A program made the translations under genes and the position numbers. Under the pieces are notes generated by a model. That model searched no databases. It saw nothing but the letters and a program-made list of their open reading frames with translations, and had not been told where the DNA came from. 64,000 nucleotides of DNA from NCBI RefSeq assembly GCF_016432865.1, contig NC_067401.1:443486001-443550000 (forward strand), read 5' to 3'. Below are positions 24,961 through 37,212 of this stretch, in pieces; positions within the stretch are counted from its first letter, which is position 1; each line of letters opens with the position of its first letter. The DNA comes from Antechinus flavipes (Eukaryota).

Positions 24961-27349
24961 AAAAGTAGAAAGAGAAAAATAAGGAAATTGGGCTAGATGA
25001 CTTCTATGAAGATCTCTTCCAGCCCTAACAATCTCTGATTTTTAGATTAACCAAAATTTCAAACTATCCACATCACGTCTCCTTTCTTGAGCTCAGATAT
25101 TGTAATGGCAATTACATTTTCCATACATGGTGCCCGAGAGTAGTCTGGTGTCTGGATCCATTTTTCTCTTGGCTAGGAAGTGAGTTAGAATCTGTCTTTG
25201 GGTGTCAAGATTGGTTTATTAAAGAAAAAAGAGCTACAGACCTGAAAAGGAGTGGGAGGTAGAAAAGAGTAAATTCTCCACATAAAACCATTGTTAACTT
25301 TTCTTTTTTGGCACATAGAAAAAACTATGCATGGATGGGTGCCAAGATAGCCTAAAGATTTAAAATGCGGCTAATTGAAAAAAGGCTTCTTCTTTTAATT
25401 GTTCAAATGCCTGCAGTTGGTTGGCTCAGAGATATTAAGGGGTTAGCAGTTGGATAGCTTTTTATTGAACAATCAATTCAGCAGACATTTATGGTGCGCT
25501 TCCATGGGGCAAAGCACTGTGCTGGGCATGGAAAGGTCCACAGAGGTGACAAAAATACAATCCTTACCCTGCAGGAGCTTTCAATCCAGGAAGGGACATA
25601 AGCCATAGGTACGCATGGGTATGGCTTACACACATAATAAAACAGAATTTTGACAGTGTGCATGGTGTACAAAGAAAGTGCTCAGGAGAGTCACAGGAGG
25701 GATGGGTTATTTCTGGCCAGGAAGAGTGAGAAGGATACCATGAGCGAAGCTGTTTTTGAGCTATGTTGTTTTGAAAGATGTCACAGATTTCCCTAAGATT
25801 TTAGAATGCAATGTGTTTTATGAGAAAAAGTGCAAAACTTAAGAAAGCCTACCAGCACATTAACAAACATTTAGTAAATATTGACCATGTGCTGGGCACT
25901 GTGCTAATCATCGGACATCCAAAGAGGGGCAAAAACAGTCCCTATTTTCAAGAATCTCACAATCTCAAGGAGGAGGATGGGACACAATATGGAAACTATG
26001 TACAAACAATACAATATAATTAGAAAAGATCTCAAAGGGAAAGATAGCATTAAAAAGGATCAGAAAGAGCTTATTTTAAATCCTATCTCCATTACTTCCA
26101 AGTTCTATGACCATGGGAATTTCATTTAATTTCTCTTCATGACTTAGTTTCCTCATCTGTAAAATGAGAAATACCTGTAGCATCATGCCTCATTGGTTAT
26201 TGTGAGGGTCAAATGAGATACTGTGTCTTGAGTACATTGCAAATGAAGACTGAAGAATTTATGATGAAAAAAATGTTATCCATTTCCAAAGAAAGAACTG
26301 ATCAATTCTGAATGCAGATTGAGAGCTTTTTTTTTTTTTTAAACTTTTAATCGATATCAAATTGCTTGTCTACTCAAGGAAAGAGAAAGAGAGGGGAGGA
26401 AACTATTTGGAACTCAAAATTAAAAAGATAAAGAATGTTAAAAATTGTTATTAATTTTAATTAGAAAAATAAAAGAAAATAAAAATAAAAAGATAAATAA
26501 AGTAACAAATGTCAGTTATGAGCTTATATCAGACTACTTATCATTCTTACAAAATTATCTGATTCTCATTTTTATAAGGTTCATATAGAAAGTAGTCCCA
26601 GAACAAGCAGCTAGCCTACTGTTATTTTTCATATTGAATGGTTTGTGTTCTGTTGACTCTGTTATATCTTATGGGCATATAATTGTCTGTAGGTTGACTC
26701 ATTAGAGTGTGAGCTCCTTGAAAGCAGTAATTGAGGTTTTGCCTTTCTTTCTATCCCCAGTACTTAGCATAATGCCTGGCACATAGTCAACAATTAATAA
26801 ATGATTGTTGACTGACTATTACACAAGTGAATAAAATAACAGTTTTCAAGAATTGAATAAAAAACAAGAAATAATCTCATCCATTTTAGGGATCTTTAAT
26901 ACAACACTAGTAATCCCTAGGCTATCCTGTACCCAATCAATAGCAGGCATTTGAAGAATTAAAAGAAGTCTTTGATAAAAAAAAATCATTTCTAATCTTT
27001 AGACTATTCTGGCTCCTGATGTCTGCTCCTAAGTCTCTATATTTTGAAAGTTTTATGTTCCAAATTGTTTGGAGGCAATTATAAATATTTGGCACAATGG
27101 CAGTAATTAAAAATACTCTTCCTAATTTTGTTGTTGTTGCTGCTGCTGCTATTGTTTTTTCTGGGATAGAAATATGGAAGAGGGGTGTCCCAGGCATAGG
27201 ATATTATATAAGCAAAGGGGTGGGGGAGGAAAAGCAAAGAGTATCTTCAGTAACAATAAGCAGATTAATTTGACCAGAGCATAAGACACGCCAAAGGAAG
27301 CATCACAACACAAATGGTCACTTAGATGGTGGAGATTGTTCTTGTTGTT

Positions 27350-27520
27350 GTTATTGGTGGTGGTGGCCTTTTGTTCTCAAAGGAGACCAGTGACATAAAG
27401 GGGGTGATGACTTATGACCCAATCGGATTTAAGTGAGGCAGAACTGTGCAAAGTCACCCACTTTGCTCTCTCCTCCATAGTCTTGGGGCCAAACAAGGTT
27501 AAAGTGGTTGGTGATTGCCC
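27350..27520 (-). mobile_element. RTE-related SINE fragment
   Basis: ccttttgttctcaaaggagaccagtgacat...ggatttaagtgaggcagaactgtgcaaagtcacc. Confidence 0.6.
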
Positions 27521-28271
27521 CACAGACTGTGGAGACTCTGAAATGTAAGGCTAAGGAATTTGGATTTCAATCATTAAATAATAGGGAGCTAGCGAAGATT
27601 TTTGAGGTGAATGAAGTTCTCAAACCAGTGTATTGGGGAGATTAATCTGTAGCATTCAGAGGATAGATTAAAGTAGAAAACTGGAAGATTGGTAGGAAGA
27701 TGTTGAAATAGGCTAGATGAGAGGATAATATAATATGGCAGGAGTTAGAGTGGAAAGGAGAGGAAGAAGGTAATTTGGAGATAGAGCTGATGGAAAAAAT
27801 ATTCAAGTCAGTGAATGCCTACTTCTGCTAAAGTAAGAAAAAGAAGAAATGAGTTTAAAATATATTGAGATTAGATTATAAAGAAAGGTTGAGGTTTCAT
27901 TTTGTTTTGACCCTTAGACAAGAGACTGAATTATTGAGAAGGGTAGGGGGATTTTCCTCATGGTAGGTCTTTCAAAAGAAAATGAAATCTAAGCATTGCA
28001 TAATAGTAAGGTTTCGGGGTAAGGTTTCTGGGTGTAGAGTTTAGAAGACTTTGCCTGAAATTTTTCTTCGCTACCTACCATCTTTGTGACCTTGAAGTCA
28101 TTTTCTTCTGGCTTCAGTTTTCCCAATAGAATGTAAGCTTTCCTTCCCACACCTGTTAATGTGCTTCCTCCCAAACAATTAAGTAATGTTAATTACTTAT
28201 GCATGTATATACATAAATATTTTAACTTCATGTTTATGTTATACGAATATATATATATGCACACACATATA

Positions 28272-28274
<3 letters not shown>

Positions 28275-28302
<28 letters not shown>
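28275..28302. repeat. (TG)n microsatellite
   Basis: Perfect run. Confidence 0.95.
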
Positions 28303-28305
<3 letters not shown>

Positions 28306-31300
28306 CTTTGCCAAATATAATGTAAGCTCATTTCAAGTAGGACTTATTTCATTCTTTGTATTTGAATCCTTAGGTCCCATAGTGCCTGACACATAGTATA
28401 TACATACATATATACATATATATGTATTTGTATATAAATATATGTACTTATTGATTAAATGATGTATTGACCAACAGTAGAGATTATTTCATTTCTGTTT
28501 TTGTATCTCCAATATTTGGTACATAGTATACACTTAATATGTTTTTGTTAGTTGACCTAGAAAATGAGTTCAATCAGATTTGACTTACTTCTGAGGTCCC
28601 TTCTAGCTTTAGATGAAGATCTTATGATCTAACATGCTTTAAGGGTTGTTCTGCCTGAAGGCAAGGGAAAGAACTATGGACCCTCTAAACATGTTTTCTT
28701 CTTTTTCTAGAGTCTTTCTTCTTAATGTGCAATAAGGTATTAGAATATACTCTGTAAATTGTCCTTTATCCCTTTAGGGTTCACGATAAGTTAATGGGAT
28801 CTACCAACTGGAGGTTAGCCTTGTCTAGAGGAAAGCTGCTGCTTCCCAACCCCAAAATCAATTTAACTGAAATTGAGCATTATTTTGTTATGTTTCTATA
28901 CTTTGCAGAACACTATGCTATATATTGGAGGATTCAGAAAATATGAATATGACATAGTCCCTAAACTCATGATACTTGAAGTCTAGTAGGGAGGTACACC
29001 ACATAAACAAATACCTATAAATCCAACAAAATACATAAGTATGTGATAGCAAAGTGCTTTGCAAATTCTCAGGGGAGAAACACGGTTACCAATTGAAGGA
29101 TAAAGAAAGATTTCATGGAGGAAGAAGGGTCAACATTTGAGTTGGGCTCCCAAGTTTGAAGTAAAGGCATAGAAAATAGAAATGAGGTTTATAGAGAACA
29201 CATAGAGTCCAAGATTGGGGAATTATGGAAAATGTGAAAGAGAGTCCTCTGGGAAGAAGAGATAGCATCAATTATAAAAGCTTTGAATGCCAAGAAAATG
29301 AGGTTGAGCTTTACTCAAAATCAACCATATTTCATGTTCCATCTCGTTATTCAGCTTTGCTATCTAGAGATCCACTCTGTTGCATGACTTTTTCCCACCT
29401 AGGACATCTTCAGACTTGGTTGACAGAAAAAAAAAAATTGGTTCCTTGGCCCTTGGGGTGATCAAGAACAGACTTACTCAACTTTGGAATTTGTGCCTGG
29501 ACAGAGCTATTTTGGCTAGTGAATGACTGAGAGACAACTTAACTACCCTATGCTGTTTATGTGGCCCCTGATCATCCAGCTCTGATTATGTTTCATGTCC
29601 CAGTCAGTTCTCTTTCCTGAGTCATCATGTCAACTAACTGGCTGCCATATAAGTATCCATGTGTCCCATCATCCTTCCCAGTCCATTTATCACTCTGGGC
29701 TCCACAAACAAATCTGCATCAGCTTCTGTTACTTCTTTCTTATTTTTCTCATTTCTTATGACAGAGGCCTTGAAGCATAACAATGACTTTTGTTCTTACA
29801 ATGGGTACATTAAAACATAGTAAGTTAGCTCTAGTGGGTAGAATGCCATACTTGAAGTCAAGATAATTTGAGTCTGAATTCTCCCTCTCTTACTAGCTGT
29901 GTGGTCCTGGCCAAATCACCTCACTTCTCTCAGCCTCAGTTTTTTCATCTATAAAACAAGAATAATATGTACAATTATCTTCCAAGGATCTTAAGGTAAG
30001 CAAACTGCTTTGCAAACCTTAGAGTGCTGTGTATAAATGCTATTTATTATTATTATCTGATCCAATTTCTCTCATTTTGCAGATGAGGAATGAGACCAAA
30101 TTTATCTACTTCTACTCCCCTAAAAATAAGAAATGAGATCAGTTTTCTTATGTGTTGAAAAAGGGAGCTTGTAAAATGATGGGTTGCTCTCAGAACTGGA
30201 ATAAAATGACATAGGTTTGAAGCCCAGATTTGCTAATTACTCCCTATGAGTGCTTGGGGAAATCACATAGGTCTAGGGCTGGGAGTGACCTCAAAGACCA
30301 TCTAATTCAACACCAAAGATTTTACAGATGAAGAGGGGGTAAGCAAGAAGACATCTGAGTTGGGATTTGAAATTTTGACTCCTTATTCAGTACCTTTTCC
30401 ACTCTACTAACCCTGAGGGCTCCGGTTTCCAAATCTATAACCTGAGAAAGTTGGATTAGAAGATCGCTAAGATTCCTTCTACTTGGAAATCTATGATACA
30501 ATGATCCCAGTGCCGCATTTCCATTCTAAAGGTTGGATATGACCTAGGGGGTTATATAGAGGAAGTGATGAGAATGGGAGAGTATTAAGAATATTTATAT
30601 CTATTGGCAACTGAAACAAGATAGAAAGAAGTCCTAGGACAACAGCACTTTGAAAAGATGAGGGTAACAATGGGGCAAATTTGAAAGGGTCAAAGAACCT
30701 AGTGAAAGTTGAGGAAGATGATAAAATTCATTTGTTTGAAAAGAAGCCTGATGATTCTCCAGGGACGTTATTATGGAAGCAGATGTGGCAATGGCTTCGC
30801 AGAAGAAATTACAAAGAGAAAGCATCATCAGAGAGCAGCTGTGGACTCTCCCTATGTCTGAGAGTCCTAAGGAAGGGAAACTGGGAAAATAGAGAGGGTC
30901 ATAGGAAAGCTCACATCTCTCCAATTAAGGCTCATGGGGAGGTGGGGTAGGAGCCAGCATTGTTTCAAGACTGAGCCAGTAAATCCTGGCAAAGAAACTG
31001 GAGAAAAGAGGTCCCGAAGCAGGAGGAAAGAATGATTTCAGTCTTGACTCTAGAAAGGAAAAAAAACCTAAATGTTTTCTTTTTCTTTAAAATAAAAAGG
31101 GAGGGGATATTATTGACATTTTTTATCCTATCATCTCCTTACTGCTCTCTAATAATAATAATAATGATAACTAGTATTTATAGACTGCTTAAAGATTTGC
31201 ATATATGTACATATACATAGGTATATGTGAAGACTATATATGAATGATTTCATTTGATCCTATTGTTATTCCTGTTTTACAGATGAATAATCTGAAGCAG

Positions 31301-31716
31301 CAAAAATGTAGTGCCTTGCTCAAGAACACACAGTGTCTGAAGCTGGATTCAAACTCAGGTTTCCCTGACTCCAGGTCCACAACTCAATCTATCATGCCAC
31401 CTAGGTGCCCCTGCAGCCAACTGCAAGCTGGAACATTATAATTACAAAGTTCTGTTTTTCTTATTCTTTCTATTTATATTATCATAGTCTATTGTATTTA
31501 TTGTTTTCTAGGTTTTCCTTACTTCAATGTGCATCAGTTTTTATGTCTTTCCTTACTTCTTATTTTTATCATTCTTTATGACAGAGACCTTGAAGCAACA
31601 CAATGATTCTTTTTCCTTCCTCTTCTCTACTTCATTCTTGTCTTCCTTCTCCTACTTCTCTTCTTCCTTTTCCTTCTTTTTTTTTTCTTCTCTTTACCTC
31701 TTCTTCTTTTTCCCTC

Positions 31717-32233
31717 TGCTAATTCATCCCCCTGTCAACTGACAGGGTTAGTTAAATTTCCCCAATAAATCTATAGCACTGCCATCTTTGCTGAACCCCT
31801 TTGGGGTAAGCTCACCACGGATTCCCCCATGGGGTGTCTTTCTCTCCATCCCTCCCCATGCCTCATGGTATCTTAACTTTCATCCCCTACCACGCCTAAT
31901 GATAACTTTCTCCTTTTTATAGGTAATTTTTTTTAGGTTGCTAAACACCTCTAGGGATTTAGCCTGCAGGTCAATGGCTTATCCCCACCTCATGGAGTAT
32001 TTCCTTTCTCAAGGTTAATTGTGAGTTCTCCTTGGGAATTTGTCTTTTTCATTGTTCATTGTTAAAAACCACTTTGGTATCTAAATATATGCTCTCCCAG
32101 CTGTATTTCAAATTTACCACTCCTGGTTTCTATCGTATCTTTTCATTTTGTCTGTAGCCTCTTCTCCTAAATAAATCCCCCTTTGAAGTAGAGAATGGCC
32201 AATGTGAATCCTTCACAAGACCCAACCCCAACA
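31717..32233 (+). mobile_element. Probable solo ERV LTR
   Basis: About 520 bp, TG...CA, with aataaa at about 32170 and a U5-like end (ccttcacaagacccaaccccaaca). No clear TSD, so boundaries are uncertain. Confidence 0.55.
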
Positions 32234-33375
32234 TTTAGTGTCTACATCAAACTGATCATTTTGTCTTAAACCCCAACATATCATTTGGAACTAGGAACTG
32301 CTACCATCACTGGAAGGATAGAAATTAGAAATGAGTGAGGGAAGAGTAACAGACATGTCAGGAAAAAAAGGAGGAAAAACATCAATAAAATATTTAAAAG
32401 TGCAGAAGGAAACAACAAAAAGATGTTCATAAGTGGAGACAAACAATAGAGCAATTTTGTATTTACTGTGTTAAATTTAATGTACACTTTTTAAAAACAA
32501 ACTATGTAATGTGGAAAAAAGGAAAATGATTTGCAACTCAAAAAAAAAAAAAATCACAGCCAACCTTTGTTCTCTGAAAATTCCTGGTTTGAGGTACTAG
32601 GAGCAAGAAGTACAGATCCAGGTTGAAAGGATTAGAGTGGAAGGAAGCTGCCCTGATCAAAAAAAGGTAATTTTCCTTGTCTCCTTTTCTTGAGTTGGAT
32701 GTTCAAATGTTTTCCCAGCAGCTCCTACATGGGATCAGCTTACAGATTGATTGTATTTCCTTGCCTGCCTACCCATCTGCCAGTGCAATGCTGCCGCCAC
32801 TGGTGTGAAAAGAACAGGTGAAGCATGAAACCTGTTTTTCAGCACATAATTTAAATTCTAACTGGGGCAAAAACAAAATAACAAAAAAAAAAAAGAAAAC
32901 CCAGCAACAAAAAACTTAATCTCAATGCCATCCATAAAAAGAGGGAAATAATGCATCCTTGGGAAATTTCATAGGACAGAAGCCAGGTTGCTGCACACAT
33001 GAGATAACAAATCAATTAGCTAATTGGAAACCAGTTGCTACTTTTTTCCCAAAGCTCAAGAGAACCAAAAAGATACATGTCAAAAATGGACCAATAGATT
33101 CTGTCTAATAAGTCTCTGTATTCTTGTTTTCTGGAACAAATATGAAAAGGTTCCTTCAAGCTTACAAAAGAAAGAATGTTGGATCCAGAGTCTGGGAACT
33201 GAGTTCAAATCCCAGATTGGCAGATTATTCTGTGTATGCTTTGGGGTAAATCATTTAACCTTGATTTTCTCATCTATCAAATAATGGGGTTAGATCAGAT
33301 AACATTTAGAACCCTTCAACATCTTAATTCATAATCTTATGGCTAGTGGAGTAGCGATTATGATAGAGGTTGTAC

Positions 33376-33515
33376 TTTTTTTTGAGGCAGTTAGGATTAA
33401 ATGACTTTCCAGAGTCTCACAGCTAGTAAATGTTAAGTATCTGAAGCTACATTTGAACTCAGGTCCTCCTGACTCCAGGGCCAGTGCTCTATCCACTGTG
33501 CCATCTAGCTACCCC
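33376..33515 (-). mobile_element. WSINE1-type CORE-SINE
   Basis: Poly(T) followed by tgaggcag...atttgaactcaggtcctcctgactccagggccagtgctctatccactgtgccatctagctacccc. Confidence 0.85.
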
Positions 33516-34471
33516 TTGGACATTATACTTATGTATTTATTTATAAGGAACCAGCCCAAATTTAAGAAATAGAGTTAGAAAAGTCCTTGGATATCACTGA
33601 GTCCATCTTGAATCTGAACGAGTACTCTTGCCTACATCTTTGAGATTGAATCGACATTCAGCCTCTTGAGTCAGCCCATTTCCCCACCGTAGATAGCTCT
33701 AATTGCTGAATTTTTCTTTGTATTAAGCTTCAATCTGCCCGACTGCCACTTTTTACCCATCATTGTACTCCTAACTGCTCACTGGAGCTACATAGAATCT
33801 ACTCCTTATTAGAGTGTGTTAGATAGTCCAAGACTTGGAGGCAGGAAGACTTAGTCTCAGATGCTTATTAACAAGTGATTCTGGGCAAGTCTTTTACATT
33901 CTCTCTGCCTCAATTCCTCAATTCCAAAGTGAGGAGAATATTAGCATCTACTTCACAGAGTTGTTGTAGGAAACAGATGAATTAACATATGTAAAAAGCT
34001 TTATAAGCCTAAAGCACTATATACATGCTAATAATGATACATTATTATAATCCTCCCCTAGGATATTCTTTTAAATACTCAGAGTCCATTATTATATTCC
34101 ACTTCCAAGTCATTCAAATATTTAGGTTGAATGAAATAACAAAACTAGTAATAAATGAAATGTAGACAAGTACTTGAATGAATGAAAAAGCATTTATTAA
34201 AGACTCACTACATTTCAAGTAGTGTGCTAAATGCTAGAGGTTCAAATACCAAATAAGAAGCCATAGGATCAGAGATTTAGAGGTAGAAAGGACCTTCCTT
34301 TAGAGTTCATAGAGTCTGGCCCCTTTCTTGTTTTTTACAAATGAAGAAAGAAAAATCAAGAGAGATTGATCAACTCCCATCTGGACCCACTGAATCAAGT
34401 TCCAGGTTCAGTGCTCTATCATCTACACTACTCAAAACAATTCTTTCCTCTAAGAAGTTGCATTTGACTAC

Positions 34472-34482
<11 letters not shown>

Positions 34483-34531
<49 letters not shown>
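34483..34531. repeat. (AT)n microsatellite
   Basis: Perfect run. Confidence 0.98.
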
Positions 34532-34536
<5 letters not shown>

Positions 34537-35008
34537 TAACAATTATTTTCAGTAACTTGATTCAATGTAGTACTGAATTTCACTTGAAAATTATCTTCCC
34601 TTTGTATGTATGATATCCTTCTTCATTGGCCAATGGAAACTCCATTTTTCTGCTATTAGTTAAAGAGGTTTCTGTTTTTACATCCTCAAAAGTTTTTGGA
34701 GCCTCATCTCCACAAGTAATGTTTGGTGATAATCTGTTTCTTGGGTCTAGGACACATGGGACTACAAAGAGGTAGTAGGTGGGGGTAAGGAATGAAGTTT
34801 TAGGGAGTAAAACAGGAAAATTTTACCATCAAACACCTCAGATAATTTCCTGAACAAAGAAAGATTCTTTAGGCAATCTCTTATGATATAATCTCATAAG
34901 TCCATTTCTAAAATGTCAAAAGTAATATAGAAACCATAGTCATTTTTTTTAATTTGGTCATTAAAAAGACAAAAACAAAACCCCCAAGAGGTCTTGAAAT
35001 AATCAGTG

Positions 35009-35014
35009 TTTATT
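35009..35014 (-). terminator. Candidate distal UOX polyadenylation signal (AATAAA)
   Basis: AATAAA followed about 20-45 nt downstream by a GU/U-rich tract (gggggtttttgtttttgtcttttt on the minus strand). Confidence 0.55.
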
Positions 35015-35387
35015 AAGTGTAGCTCTTTTGTACATAGTGATTCAATGATTAAAAGAGAAACAATCTGACTATTCCCTCCTGACCCTTTATGTGATCATCA
35101 TTATTTATAGACTGCAAAAAATTAAAACCCAACATACTGTCAAAGCATAGAATCACAAATATGTCATTAAAATAGGCATATGAGCCATGGACTCCATTGT
35201 GCTTACAGATTTGCGGTACTCAGACACTAATTGATGTTACCCTGATAATGAATTTTTGCTGTGATTCTATCATTAAATTATCTGCATCATCCATAAGAGA
35301 AATTCGCCATCACATGCACAAAAACATTATTGGGTATTTTTTCTCCCTAACTTGGGGCCTAATTAATTGATTTTTGCATCTTTATAA

Positions 35388-35393
35388 TTTATT
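35388..35393 (-). terminator. Candidate proximal UOX polyadenylation signal (AATAAA)
   Basis: tttatt on the + strand, about 340 nt past the stop codon. Confidence 0.4.
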
Positions 35394-35729
35394 ATTAGTT
35401 TCTTAATGATTCGATTTGAATGCTCCAGGAATCTGAGAAAGCACAAGCTGACCCAAAGGGAAAGTTGATCTATGGTTAATTATCATTGCTTTCATAGAAC
35501 ATTCTGTTTTTGCAAAGCATGTCACAGCCACTGATAAGTTCATCCATAGAACATCTCATTGAAGTAAGTCCAGTAGAGAGAAATGATTGAATCAGGGAAG
35601 AAAATACTCTATAAATTAACCTGACACTTAGCAAGTAAGGAAAGCTTTTTACTGTGACATCCAACACTACTACGACAATCTGACATCTCTTCAGCAGAGG
35701 GATGGCTTTCGACGACTGGTGAAAATGAG

Positions 35730-35804
35730 TTATAACTTGGAAGACAACTTCCTTTTGACCGTGCCAGTAATTTTGCCATATGGATTGTCAGTAGGGAGTA
35801 GAAC
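35730..35804 (-). CDS. UOX: Urate oxidase exon 8, coding part including stop
   Basis: VLLPTDNPYGKITGTVKRKLSSKL*. TAA at 35732-35730, C-terminal PTS1 SKL, acceptor ctatccatag. Confidence 0.98.
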   Translation of the reverse strand, partial: VLLPTDNPYGKITGTVKRKLSSKL

Positions 35805-36284
35805 CTATGGATAGAGTCAGTATTAATGTGAGAGAAATAAACAGATAGTCATTGTTAATTGTTAATTCATGTAATGGAAATATTCAGTAAAACAATGCAT
35901 ATAAATTATATGTACATATTATATACATATGTTTTTTAAATGGACATGCATATATATCACATGCTTTTATTTATGTTTATATATGTGTGTGTGTTTGTGT
36001 GTATACACATATATATATGTATACACACAAACATACACACACACATATATATATATCATTGTTGGGGAATGAAATATTCCAAATAAGTTAATTTTTATAT
36101 ACTTCAAGCTGAACTCCCTGCCTTTGCTCCTCCAAGACAACAGGTTTGGGATTTTTTGTTTATTTTTTTTAATATTTTAAACATATTATAGGCTTCTCTC
36201 CCAAATGCTACATAGATTCATAGCTCTAGAATTAGAAGGGACCTGACACCCTTTCCCTTAGTTTATTTTTGAGTAAATTGAGGC

Positions 36285-36576
36285 NNNNNNNNNNNNNNNN
36301 NNNNNNNNNNNNNNNNNNNNNNNNNNNNNNNNNNNNNNNNNNNNNNNNNNNNNNNNNNNNNNNNNNNNNNNNNNNNNNNNNNNNNNNNNNNNNNNNNNNN
36401 NNNNNNNNNNNNNNNNNNNNNNNNNNNNNNNNNNNNNNNNNNNNNNNNNNNNNNNNNNNNNNNNNNNNNNNNNNNNNNNNNNNNNNNNNNNNNNNNNNNN
36501 NNNNNNNNNNNNNNNNNNNNNNNNNNNNNNNNNNNNNNNNNNNNNNNNNNNNNNNNNNNNNNNNNNNNNNNNNNNN
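36285..36576. other. Assembly gap (292 N), UOX intron 7
   Basis: Run of N. Confidence 1.
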
Positions 36577-37158
36577 TAAGATTTGAACCAGGTCCTCCTG
36601 ACTTCTAGCTGCCCCTAGATGATTTTTTTCACGGTTGCAATGGCACTAAATATCAGAGACAGAACTTGAATCCAGAGCCTCTCACTACAGAGCCATTATT
36701 CTTTCCAGTGCACCATAATGACTTTCCTCCTTGTTAAAAAAATTATATTTATGCCTTTTCTCTTTACTTCCTAATCATTTTCCACCTTCTTGTGACAAAA
36801 ACAATTTAGCAAATTTGATACAGAATGTTTGTTTGACAACCTGTCCAATATTCTGTTCTCATAGTCCCTCAGCTCTTTGATATGAAAGAGGAGGTATGTT
36901 TTTATTATCTCTTTTCTAGGATCTTCACTAGTTTTTTCATTCCTCAAAGCTTAACTTTCTTTTTTTTAAGCTTCTCTACCTTCAGAGTAATTCAATGTTA
37001 TAGTGAACGCTTGCTTTGTTCAGCAATGCAATATTCAACACACTTGTCCAATAAGCAATTATGAGGATCTTGTTATATCCCAGAAATTGTGGTAGGTATA
37101 GAGGTTTTGTAATCTCATAGAACTTATTTTATTGGGGAAGGGAGAGAATCAACAGCTT

Positions 37159-37159
<1 letters not shown>

Positions 37160-37210
<51 letters not shown>
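37160..37210. repeat. (CA)n microsatellite, UOX intron 7
   Basis: Perfect run. Confidence 0.98.
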
Positions 37211-37212
<2 letters not shown>

